DNA of 41,624 nucleotides, from NCBI GenBank assembly GCA_030614705.1, contig JAUWTN010000002.1:1-41624 (forward strand). Direction: 5' to 3'. The notes under the pieces were generated by a model, which saw only the letters and a program-made list of their open reading frames with translations, was not told where the DNA came from and ran no database searches. Positions 1 to 8,027 of the stretch are shown here, piece by piece; within the stretch, counting starts at the first letter, position 1; each line of letters opens with the position of its first letter. Source of the DNA: Candidatus Aenigmatarchaeota archaeon. GTDB lineage: Archaea; Aenigmatarchaeota; Aenigmatarchaeia; QMZS01. A program made the position numbers and the translations under genes.

Positions 1-191
1 GGTCCGAATAAATGCAAATCAACCAGTTTGTTTGTATCAAAAAATTTGTATTCTCCGGTTTTTCGACCCTTCATAAATTGCAAAATTGCCACTTTTTTAT
101 CATAACCCGCAAATCTTATTGCATGACCCATCGCCGCGGTTGTTTTGCCTTCCCCATCTCCTGTATAAATCATTATCTTGCCGGTCATCAT
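1..191 (-). CDS. ATP:corrinoid adenosyltransferase-like P-loop protein (CobA/CobO/BtuR family), N-terminal part; continues past the window edge
   Basis: Own translation of the minus strand from ATG at 191: MMTGKIMIYTGDGEGKTTAAMGHAIRFAGYDKKVAILQFMKGRKTGEYKFFD... This fits the family pattern TGxGKGKTTAAxG...V..QF.KG. It is absent from the ORF track because no stop lies inside the window. Confidence 0.75.
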   Translation of the reverse strand, partial: MMTGKIMIYTGDGEGKTTAAMGHAIRFAGYDKKVAILQFMKGRKTGEYKFFDTNKLVDLHLFG

Positions 192-325
192 AATTAATCT
201 TGTTTTCTTTCTTAAAACTGGCTGTTACAACTGTTTTAGGGTTAAATTTGAAATTTAATTCATTTAATATATTCTATTTGTAATCCCTCAATAATAATAA
301 CATAAATATATAATTTAATTGTATT

Positions 326-1369
326 ATGAGCAATATATTTAAGGACAGCACCTGGGACCCGGAAGATATTAAACTTCTGGATGGATTTGAAGAAAATAGG
401 ACTCTTGTTTTAAGAGCCACAAAACAAATCTTTCAGGATTTTTGCGACCAGAACCTTCAGGGTAATGAAAAAGTTTTGGAAATTGGAAGCGGGACTGGTT
501 TTCTAAAGAGAAACTGGCCTGAGAATTTTCATGGAGAATGGATTCAATTGGATTCGCAACCTGCTTTTTTGAAAGAAGCCAAAAAAAAGTTAAAAAATGA
601 GACCTATATTCAGGGTTCTGCTTATGAACTTCCTTTTCCTGATGAAAGTCTGGATGTTGTTTGCGGTTATGGAAGTTATGATGTTCTTATGGATTTAGAA
701 AAAGCAACAAAAGAAGCAAGTAGGGTGCTAAAAAAAGATGGATTATTTTTTCACATGCTTGATTTATATCCATGCAGCAGTCCTATTGCAAATGACTTGG
801 AAAAAAAAGGCATTCCTTTAAGAACAAATGGAAAATATGAAAAACCGGAGGGTGTGTGCCAAGTAAAATCAATAAGTTTTATCCCTGAAGAAAATCTGGA
901 AGATTTTTATCTTGAAAGCAAAATGGAAGAAAATGATGAAACTGATTTGGATCTTAATAGGATTATGGAAGAATACAGAATAATCTGGAAAAAATATTCG
1001 CATGAAATTCAAACTCATGATTATTTTGATAGAAAAATGAAACAATCCTTAATGCCTTATTTTAACCCTGAAACTATTGAAAAGGGAAACCTGACCTCAA
1101 GTTTCAAAGGTAAAAGAACCGAACAACAAAAAAAGATGGATAATGAACTTTTTTTATTTTTCAATGAAATTGGTAAATTTTATGGGTATTCTAATTTTAC
1201 CCAATATAATATGCTCCGATTAAACTTTCCGAATATGCTAAATATATTGCCTGCGGGATATGACTGTGCTTATAGAATTTTAAAGCAAATTTCTCCTTCA
1301 TTAGCTCAAACAACAGAACCTTCCTGTTTAGAACGTTCCACTATTAAATACGTGAAAGTAAGAAAATAA
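326..1369 (+). CDS. Class I SAM-dependent methyltransferase with a long unassigned C-terminal extension
   Basis: 347-aa ORF. Motif I is VLEIGSGTGF and the post-I/II region is LDVVCGYGSYDVL...VLKKDGLFF. The C-terminal ~180 aa is unrecognised. Confidence 0.75.
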   Translation: MSNIFKDSTWDPEDIKLLDGFEENRTLVLRATKQIFQDFCDQNLQGNEKVLEIGSGTGFLKRNWPENFHGEWIQLDSQPAFLKEAKKKLKNETYIQGSAYELPFPDESLDVVCGYGSYDVLMDLEKATKEASRVLKKDGLFFHMLDLYPCSSPIANDLEKKGIPLRTNGKYEKPEGVCQVKSISFIPEENLEDFYLESKMEENDETDLDLNRIMEEYRIIWKKYSHEIQTHDYFDRKMKQSLMPYFNPETIEKGNLTSSFKGKRTEQQKKMDNELFLFFNEIGKFYGYSNFTQYNMLRLNFPNMLNILPAGYDCAYRILKQISPSLAQTTEPSCLERSTIKYVKVRK

Positions 1370-1377
1370 ATTAAATA

Positions 1378-1605
1378 TCCCGCGAGCCGGATTTCCATAA
1401 CCCTCCAAATTGATTTTTGGGGTTGAGACCTTTCCTCTATTTGCGGAGCAAATGGAGGTGCCGTCTGAAAGACGAGCATTTCATCTTATACTTAAAGGGT
1501 TCATTTGAACTGGCAACCCCTCGGTTACTGCAAAAACACCTGCGTTTGTGTAAAACTTTGTGTTAGACACTACAGCCGAGTGCTCTACCGTTGAGCTATC
1601 GCGGG
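1378..1605 (-). tRNA. tRNA-Tyr (anticodon GTA) carrying two intervening sequences (44 nt at 37/38; ~112 nt in the T arm)
   Basis: The minus strand reads CCCGCGA TA GCTC AACGGTA GAGC A CTCGG CTGTAG [44 nt] A CCGAG GGGTT GCCAG TTCAAAT [112 nt] CCGGC TCGCGGG A. It has C1:G72 and A73. The region is a GC-rich island in AT-rich DNA. Confidence 0.8.
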
Positions 1606-1673
1606 ATAATATTATTTGTTTTTTAACTTTTATTGGTCACAGATTCCTTATTCCTAAATTTAATTATCTTATT

Positions 1674-2066
1674 ATGGAATACAAAGAAATGCTGGATTCT
1701 GTCTACGAAAAAGTGAAAAAAGGTGAAGTTGAAGAAAGAATGCAAATTGTATGTCCAAAAATAACTTTTCACGGGAAAAAAACAATTATCCCTAATTTTG
1801 AGCAATTCTGTAATTCAATCAACAGGGAAGTTAAACAGGTCGCAAAGTTCTTATACAAAGAATTAGCCACTTCGGGAGCTGTTGAAAATGGAAAATTGGT
1901 TTTACAGACAAAAAATCCATTAACAGAAGATAAAATCAAAAAATACATGAAAAGCTTTGTTTATTGCAGTGAATGCGGAAAACCAGACACAGTTATCAAA
2001 AAAGAAGACAGGTATTATGTTATAAAATGTGAAGCCTGCGGGGCAAGAAAAACCGTGAGTTTGTAA
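1674..2066 (+). CDS. eif2b: Translation initiation factor aIF2 beta subunit
   Basis: MEYKEMLDSVYEKV...FHGKKTIIPNFEQFCNSINREVKQVAKFLYKELATSGAV, with a C-terminal zinc ribbon CSECGKPDT...CEACG. I moved the start to Met39 of the track ORF because the upstream part overlaps the tRNA. Confidence 0.85.
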   Translation: MEYKEMLDSVYEKVKKGEVEERMQIVCPKITFHGKKTIIPNFEQFCNSINREVKQVAKFLYKELATSGAVENGKLVLQTKNPLTEDKIKKYMKSFVYCSECGKPDTVIKKEDRYYVIKCEACGARKTVSL

Positions 2067-2083
2067 TCTATCCAAACAAAATT

Positions 2084-2872
2084 ATGAAAATAACTTTTCT
2101 AGGAACCGGCGGGGGGAGGTTTGTTATGATAAACCAGTTAAGAGCAACAGGAGGATTTATTGTGGAGAGCAAGAACCTTAATATGCATGTTGATCCCGGA
2201 CCTGGTGCCTTAGTAAAAGCAAAACAGTTCCATAAAAACCTGAAAAGATTAAACTCTATTTTTGTTTCTCACCCTCATACAGACCATTACACTGATATGG
2301 AGGTTGTTATAGAAGCAATGACTAAAGGAGCAAAAATAAAAAAAGGATTCCTGATAACCAGCAAAAGCGTAATAGATTTGGATGAAAATAAAAGCAGAAC
2401 TGTCTCAAAATACCATTTAGATACTCTTGAAAAATATTATTCTCTTAACCCTGACGAAGAAATACGTTTTCTAAACACAATATTAAAAACCACAAAATGT
2501 TTCCACCGCGAAGAAAAATGTATTGGATTTGTTTTGGAAGATGAAAAGAAACTCGGATATACTGCGGATGGGGAATATTATGAAGAACAAGCAGATTATT
2601 TTAAAAACTGCGATTGCCTGATTATTAACTGCCTCAGACCAAGATACGCAAAACCTTATGGTCACATGACCGCAGACAAAGCAAAAATCCTGATAAGTCA
2701 GGCAAAACCAAAACTCGCAATTCTGCAGCACTTTGGGATGAAAATGGTCTTCGGGGTTGCGGAAAAAGAAGCAAAATGGATTGAACAGGAAACCGGGATA
2801 AAAACAATTGCCGCAAGAGATGGGCAGATTTTCGAGTTAAAAGAAGAAACAAAAAATCTGATTGATTATTAA
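2084..2872 (+). CDS. Metallo-beta-lactamase fold hydrolase
   Basis: 262-aa ORF with the HxHxDH motif (SHPHTDHY) and an N-terminal KITFLGTGGG strand. Confidence 0.8.
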   Translation: MKITFLGTGGGRFVMINQLRATGGFIVESKNLNMHVDPGPGALVKAKQFHKNLKRLNSIFVSHPHTDHYTDMEVVIEAMTKGAKIKKGFLITSKSVIDLDENKSRTVSKYHLDTLEKYYSLNPDEEIRFLNTILKTTKCFHREEKCIGFVLEDEKKLGYTADGEYYEEQADYFKNCDCLIINCLRPRYAKPYGHMTADKAKILISQAKPKLAILQHFGMKMVFGVAEKEAKWIEQETGIKTIAARDGQIFELKEETKNLIDY

Positions 2873-2881
2873 TAATTAAAA

Positions 2882-3208
2882 TTATGCATAATCTTCCGAA
2901 TATACACCCTCAACAAAACTTGTTTTCATTGTTTGGTATGTTGTGTCTGGAAAGTCTAATTTTAGGAGATTTATTATATCTTTTTCCTTAAAAACAGCAA
3001 GAGAATACTCTGGTTTTAGTAAAGATTTAATACTTCGTGTATCTATAGGAAAATTATTTTCATGTATTCTTAGAGTTTCATAATTGTGCGGGATAGCTAC
3101 CTGCAGCTCATATGATTTTATTGGATTTTTAACATTTCCATCCACAATTATTTGTGTTATATGGTCTGGGAAATAATCTGTAAGACCAACAGGTAATCCC
3201 TCTTCCAC
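2882..3208 (-). CDS. Hypothetical protein (108 aa, GTG start)
   Basis: Open frame in stop-rich AT DNA, last gene of a co-directional cluster. No ATG is available in frame, so the start is GTG at 3208. No motif recognised. Confidence 0.5.
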   Translation of the reverse strand: MEEGLPVGLTDYFPDHITQIIVDGNVKNPIKSYELQVAIPHNYETLRIHENNFPIDTRSIKSLLKPEYSLAVFKEKDIINLLKLDFPDTTYQTMKTSFVEGVYSEDYA

Positions 3209-3269
3209 AGTAATTGTAATTTCTTCTTTTCTTTTATCTGATACTATCTCTCGTAAATATTCATATATT

Positions 3270-3641
3270 TCATTTTACATACCCTTTATCCCTGTTTACA
3301 TTTTCTTCTTTAAAAATACAATCTTCCCCTCCAAATTCTTTACAATCACACCAAATATAAGGGTCTTCTTTCTTAAATATATTTTTAATAGCTGTACGAG
3401 GTAATTCATCTAAAGAATAGGTTCCTTTAAATTCAGTAGCTCCAAGTTCTTCATACCATTCAATTAATCCCTCTGTATTTAATCTATAACTATTACAACC
3501 TTCGCCACAACAAGCACTGACTTTTATAACTTTTCCCTGACTTATTTTTCGGTAGAGTTCATAATTATTTGGACTAATGCAATGGTCACTTTTAATCCCT
3601 TCATTTGTGTATTCAACAATTTTAGTTGATTCTCCAGTCAT
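3270..3641 (-). CDS. Hypothetical Cys-containing protein (123 aa)
   Basis: The ORF starts 2 nt after the stop of the upstream 521-aa gene. It has 7 Cys (ACCGEGC, WCDC). No family recognised. Confidence 0.6.
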   Translation of the reverse strand: MTGESTKIVEYTNEGIKSDHCISPNNYELYRKISQGKVIKVSACCGEGCNSYRLNTEGLIEWYEELGATEFKGTYSLDELPRTAIKNIFKKEDPYIWCDCKEFGGEDCIFKEENVNRDKGYVK

Positions 3642-3642
3642 T

Positions 3643-5208
3643 TTATTTCACCTTAATTTTATCGGCCAGCCCACTACCGATATATCTTTCAACATCATTT
3701 CCTTTCAAATAATTTCCCAAAGCCATGTCTCTGGATTCTCCAAGAACACGCATTTCTTCATAAATTGTTTGTGTGGAAATGGGAGCAGCTGCTTCACCTT
3801 TAGTCCAACTAATTAGGTCTTTAATGTATTTTCTTAGTGGATCTTGTCCGTTATCTAGTTTTATATTTAGCGGTTCTTCTTTATTCCAGTTATATACTTC
3901 GGGATTTAAAACATCATCTATATTCATTGGTTTTATTTCATCTAGTTTTTCACCCTCTAAAAATACTAAATATCTTTGAACTGCGGTCTCATCTTTAGGT
4001 GGTAAGGTATTTGTTATTCCTAACAAATATTTATCTTCTTCAGGGGGTTTTGTTAACCAAAAAGTTGTCCTTAATTCATCTCCCTGTCGTGGATAAATTG
4101 AACCTAAGAAATCAGAAAGTTTTTTCTCTAATTTTTCTGGTATACCATCCCAACTCCCTCTTAAATCTATAATTGGATTATATGATTGATTGTTTATCTG
4201 CAATTTAATCTCTGCGTCACCTGCTGCTACGGTTCCATCTATTTCTCTTATCGGATTTTCATTTCTATCTATTAAACAGGACTCCTCTCCAGGTCTTTTT
4301 CTTACATGCAGTCCATTTATCTTACTTTCAATAATTTCCACATTTCCTAAATGGCCTTGTGTATTATCTAAGAATTTTGCAAAATTATTGAAATCATGCA
4401 CTAATTTATCTCCAAATGGATCGTCGGATATACTTCTTTTTGGGTCAGTCTTTAATTTTTCATTAATTTCAGATTCTCTGTAATGCGCAGAGTATTCTAA
4501 GTTTAATCCATAAACCTTTCCAGCATTTATTAATGCCTGCATTTCCGGACTGTTTACTTCTATTGGATTTGTGGTTATTTTTCCATATCTTAATAAGTCT
4601 TCAAATTCTCCTTTTGTTTGCGTTGCTGGTTTTTCTGGAGCAAGATTTGTCATTTCTCTTTTTTTGACTAACAAAGGAGTATCATCAAATGCTATTTTTT
4701 TAGTGCCAACTTCACCTAAATAACTTGCCAATTCATAATGAGTTGGAGTTGGAGTTACAATAGCAACTACATCCGCTCTTTTTGCGATTTCTTCATATTC
4801 TTTAATATCTTTTATAATTGGTACAGCAACCAATTCACAGTCTTTATGAAATCTTGCTAAATTTGCTCTGTCTTCTGTCCAGTTAAAATCCTTTTCAAAA
4901 ATTTCTTTTTCTTCATCATTCCACCCAACAAAATCCGCATAATAAATTTGTGTTTTTTCCCCATATTCTCTTGGATTTATTTGGTCAAAAAATCTGTCCA
5001 ATGCCCATGAAAGATTTCCATTAGGTTTACCATCAATTATAGGATTCATTTCACTTATATAAGCGGGGTTTACAGTTGGATCTTCACTTATTATACCCCC
5101 TAAATGATTTGCATAGAATCTGCCAAAATATCCGCCAGCACCTACAACACCCATTGATACCTCCGGCTTTCCAATGTCTTCTTTTCTCATTTCATTTAGT
5201 GATTTCAT
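3643..5208 (-). CDS. Divergent Gfo/Idh/MocA-like NAD(P) oxidoreductase with large insertions (521 aa)
   Basis: N-terminal Rossmann VGVVGAGGYFGRFY, then VAIVTPTPTHYELASYL and the EKP motif (LAPEKPATQTKGEFEDLL). The C-terminal ~300 aa is unassigned. A TATA-like box lies ~25 nt upstream of the ATG and no SD is visible. Confidence 0.65.
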   Translation of the reverse strand: MKSLNEMRKEDIGKPEVSMGVVGAGGYFGRFYANHLGGIISEDPTVNPAYISEMNPIIDGKPNGNLSWALDRFFDQINPREYGEKTQIYYADFVGWNDEEKEIFEKDFNWTEDRANLARFHKDCELVAVPIIKDIKEYEEIAKRADVVAIVTPTPTHYELASYLGEVGTKKIAFDDTPLLVKKREMTNLAPEKPATQTKGEFEDLLRYGKITTNPIEVNSPEMQALINAGKVYGLNLEYSAHYRESEINEKLKTDPKRSISDDPFGDKLVHDFNNFAKFLDNTQGHLGNVEIIESKINGLHVRKRPGEESCLIDRNENPIREIDGTVAAGDAEIKLQINNQSYNPIIDLRGSWDGIPEKLEKKLSDFLGSIYPRQGDELRTTFWLTKPPEEDKYLLGITNTLPPKDETAVQRYLVFLEGEKLDEIKPMNIDDVLNPEVYNWNKEEPLNIKLDNGQDPLRKYIKDLISWTKGEAAAPISTQTIYEEMRVLGESRDMALGNYLKGNDVERYIGSGLADKIKVK

Positions 5209-5228
5209 TTATTATTATCTTAGTAACC

Positions 5229-5258
5229 TTTAAATACTTAGTATTACTTAGTAATACT
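5229..5258 (-). promoter_or_regulatory. 30-bp junction cassette, copy 1: 19-bp palindrome (AGTATTACT-T-AGTAATACT) abutting a TATA-like box
   Basis: The plus strand reads TTTAAATACTTAGTATTACTTAGTAATACT. It begins 2 nt after the stop of the 326-aa gene. On the minus strand the TATTTAAA box is centred ~25 nt upstream of the ATG at 5208. It is 29/30 identical to 7995-8024. Confidence 0.6.
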
Positions 5259-5259
5259 T

Positions 5260-6240
5260 TTAATCAGGAATCTCAAAATAAATATCAAATATATCCTTAT
5301 ATCGGCTCCAGATATTTTTTTCCGAAGGAGGTATTTGCAAATCCCAAAAAATCTCATCAATTTCTTCTTCTCTGTTTTTTACCTCTGGATGAAGATATTT
5401 GAGAAGTACCTCTCTTTTTGGAGTTACCCTGTGTTTTTTTATGTGATTCCTGTCAGGATAATTTGAAGGAACTGTGGATTGGCCGCATACATCAAGAAGA
5501 AAAAAGTAAGAATCCAATGGTGTTTTGGAAAGATTTCTGAGATGGTTATTGGGGTTATTTTTTATGGTTCCTTCCAAATATCCAGTGACTTTTTTATGAA
5601 CAAACTCTTTATCCTCTTTTTGGACAGCAATTGCACTGCAAAGAATATCACCCATACTCTCTCTCACAGTTCCCAAAATTTTGTATTCAATGTTTGTAAC
5701 TAAAAAAGCATCTTCTGCTTTATTGTAGGCTTTATGTAATTCATCCAGCCAGCCGTTTTTTTCTGTTAAATAATGAAGCAATCCCTCCTTTAATCCTTCT
5801 TTAGGCTCATTAGAATCCAGATTTACAAGAAGAAAACTTCTTTTTGTTGGTGTGGCTTCAGCCGGAATAAACATATCACTTGCTGTTTCATATGGTTTTC
5901 TTTCCCATTTGAGAAATTCTTCCACATCCTCTTTTTCACCAATATAATTTCCCGTGTTTATGGCATGTTCCATTCGCAGGTCTTTTTTTCCGAGTAAAGA
6001 TTTTGCATATTCATCATTTGCTAATAAAATATCTAATTTTCCTTCTATTTCATATTCTCCTAAAAGTTCAAAAAAATAATTTCCAAAATTATTATCCGGG
6101 ATAAATCCGTAAAATTTTATCCCAGGATAATTTTCTATCTTTGTGCCTGGTTCAAATACATACTCAAAACGGGAAAATGGGGTTCTTGTTTCTTTATCTT
6201 GAATTTTTTTTAAATCATCTGTTATCTTAATCAGACTCAT
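5260..6240 (-). CDS. Hypothetical protein (326 aa from Met12 of the track ORF)
   Basis: Long ORF. I prefer the ATG at 6240 (MSLIKITDD...) because it lies 1 nt after the stop (6242-6244) of the upstream gene, which removes a 32-nt overlap. No family recognised. Confidence 0.7.
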   Translation of the reverse strand: MSLIKITDDLKKIQDKETRTPFSRFEYVFEPGTKIENYPGIKFYGFIPDNNFGNYFFELLGEYEIEGKLDILLANDEYAKSLLGKKDLRMEHAINTGNYIGEKEDVEEFLKWERKPYETASDMFIPAEATPTKRSFLLVNLDSNEPKEGLKEGLLHYLTEKNGWLDELHKAYNKAEDAFLVTNIEYKILGTVRESMGDILCSAIAVQKEDKEFVHKKVTGYLEGTIKNNPNNHLRNLSKTPLDSYFFLLDVCGQSTVPSNYPDRNHIKKHRVTPKREVLLKYLHPEVKNREEEIDEIFWDLQIPPSEKNIWSRYKDIFDIYFEIPD

Positions 6241-6241
6241 T

Positions 6242-7897
6242 TTACAATTTACCAGACATTTCCGGTTTTGCACAATCTATAAATTTATTAATTAAACTGT
6301 CATTTAAATAAATTCTACCATCAGTTCTGAACGCATCAGTACCACCAACTTTTTTTATTTGGTAATTTACATAATCTTCAAAATCGTTATATGGTGATTC
6401 CATTCCAAGCTCTTTTCTAACCGCTATTAAAAATTCACGTTTATATTTTATTGTATCTAAATTCTCTTCATCATATTTATCAGAAAAATAAGTTTCAATA
6501 TTGTCTTTAATTCCTGACATCCTTTCCCCAATTTCTTTTGCTTCATATGGCAAGTCGTTTGTGCGTATAACTTTTGCACCCCCGATAAAAACATCAGAAC
6601 TATAGTTTGTTGATGGGAAAACACCTATTTTCAGTCTGTATTCTTCAACATCCGGTACTTTTACGCCAATATCAAATACAGTTCCTAGTACATCAGGATA
6701 TCCATAAATAAGGTTCCCTTCCTCATCAGAAACACCAGTATATATTCTGGTTATCATCCTACCACCATTACCAAGTTCAAAATTAACAGGTTTTTCATAT
6801 TCTTCTTTTGGAAGACCACTAAGAACCTCTTTCACAGTTTTTCTCGCTTCTTTGAATGAAGATTCTTCTTCACTATAAACAGGTAGCCTTATACGAGAAT
6901 CCAGAACTCCTGTTATATTTTCAATATATTTGTTTGTTTCAAATTCTTTTCCAGATAATAAATCTATTATCTCCTGACTGACATTCTCAACAACTTCTGT
7001 TTTCGTAACAGGCATGAAATTAATCCCATCGCCACAATCTTCTAGATAATCGAAAGATTCTTTTGTTATAGAACCATCAGAAAGGAGAATATATTTATCT
7101 TTCCCATGCAAAGAATCTTCATCTATCTGTTCCACTTTTTCAACTTTTCCGTCTCCCCAATATCTCCTGAAACCCCCTATATTTTCTATTCTATTATTCT
7201 CATCAATTTCAGGTTCATAATAAATATCCACATATCCATTTGCATCAAAGGGTTTAACCATATTTCTTATCAAGTCATATTTTGCAAAATAGGCGCATGT
7301 TTGGTTTAGTTCTGATTGGCTATTGTCCAACTTAAATTTCCCACCCGCTGCTTTTTTAGCTTTAAAGTACTCATCGTTTGCTATACACCACTTTACCACC
7401 TCCCTTATTTTTTCCGGTTTTTCCAATTTTTCATAAAGTTTCGTGGCAAAATAAAATGAATTATCAACTTTAGAAGATTTATTTCCAGATAAAATTTCTT
7501 CCATTCTAATTTCCGCTAGTTTTTCTGTATATATTTCATCTCCATGGTTCAGAGCGGCACTACTGGCACGATCTATATATCCTCTTTTCAAACCAGAATC
7601 TATAATATCCGGAACCATATCTTCCCCGCCGTTGTTTACTAAAAGGTTTAATCTATTGCCAAAATTGTTGCGTGAACTCCATGTATTCTCAGCTTCAAAA
7701 CTCTTATAAACAAGATTCTTTGCATCTTCGCTTCTACCCAAAGCATTTAAAGCAACAGAAACTGCCTCAACACCTCTTCCTGCATAACCTTTTAGTGCTT
7801 TTGTAAATGCAGGATTATCAGAAATATCATCTCCTATTAGCTCAAATCCATATTCAGTTAGAGTTTCATTGAGATTACTAATTGTTTTTGTTGTCAT
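6242..7897 (-). CDS. Hypothetical protein (551 aa)
   Basis: Long ORF in AT-rich DNA with a strong SD-like AGGTGAT 6-12 nt upstream of the ATG at 7897. No family recognised. Confidence 0.75.
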   Translation of the reverse strand: MTTKTISNLNETLTEYGFELIGDDISDNPAFTKALKGYAGRGVEAVSVALNALGRSEDAKNLVYKSFEAENTWSSRNNFGNRLNLLVNNGGEDMVPDIIDSGLKRGYIDRASSAALNHGDEIYTEKLAEIRMEEILSGNKSSKVDNSFYFATKLYEKLEKPEKIREVVKWCIANDEYFKAKKAAGGKFKLDNSQSELNQTCAYFAKYDLIRNMVKPFDANGYVDIYYEPEIDENNRIENIGGFRRYWGDGKVEKVEQIDEDSLHGKDKYILLSDGSITKESFDYLEDCGDGINFMPVTKTEVVENVSQEIIDLLSGKEFETNKYIENITGVLDSRIRLPVYSEEESSFKEARKTVKEVLSGLPKEEYEKPVNFELGNGGRMITRIYTGVSDEEGNLIYGYPDVLGTVFDIGVKVPDVEEYRLKIGVFPSTNYSSDVFIGGAKVIRTNDLPYEAKEIGERMSGIKDNIETYFSDKYDEENLDTIKYKREFLIAVRKELGMESPYNDFEDYVNYQIKKVGGTDAFRTDGRIYLNDSLINKFIDCAKPEMSGKL

Positions 7898-7974
7898 CTT
7901 ACATCACCTGTCAAAAAATTCTTTAAGTTCATCTTATCAGAATAATATAATTTTCTACCCTCTATTTCTTCCAT
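7894..7974 (-). CDS. Candidate 26-aa leader micro-ORF (MEEIEGRKLYYSDKMNLKNFLTGDVR)
   Basis: Own translation. Its ATG lies ~24 nt downstream of the TATA box of cassette copy 2, the same spacing as copy 1 has to the 521-aa gene. Its TGA overlaps the ATG of the 551-aa gene (ATGA). Confidence 0.3.
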   Translation of the reverse strand: MEEIEGRKLYYSDKMNLKNFLTGDVR

Positions 7975-7994
7975 ATTTTAATAATATATGAAAG

Positions 7995-8024
7995 TTTAAA
8001 TACTTAGTATTACTTGGTAATACT
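7995..8024 (-). promoter_or_regulatory. 30-bp junction cassette, copy 2 (palindrome + TATA-like box)
   Basis: The plus strand reads TTTAAATACTTAGTATTACTTGGTAATACT, with one mismatch to copy 1. It sits 4 nt after the stop of the 410-aa gene. Confidence 0.6.
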
Positions 8025-8027
8025 AAA

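Noticed and set aside
12-197. 61-aa plus-strand ORF at the window start.
   Set aside because: The opposite strand encodes a clearly recognisable CobA/CobO-type P-loop N-terminus, so the plus-strand frame is an antisense artefact.
1391-1502. C/D-box sRNA inside the long tRNA-Tyr insertion.
   Set aside because: AGATGAA and CAGA are present, but there is no proper RUGAUGA / CUGA box pair on the tRNA strand.
1560-1673. N-terminal 38 codons of the track ORF 1560-2066.
   Set aside because: This part overlaps the 5' half of the tRNA-Tyr gene on the other strand. The aIF2-beta homology begins at the internal Met (1674).
6241-6273. 11-codon N-terminal extension of the 337-aa ORF overlapping the 551-aa gene.
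   Set aside because: The ATG at 6240 sits 1 nt after the upstream stop and gives the compact spacing seen throughout the cluster. The extension (MQNRKCLVNCK) is probably not translated.
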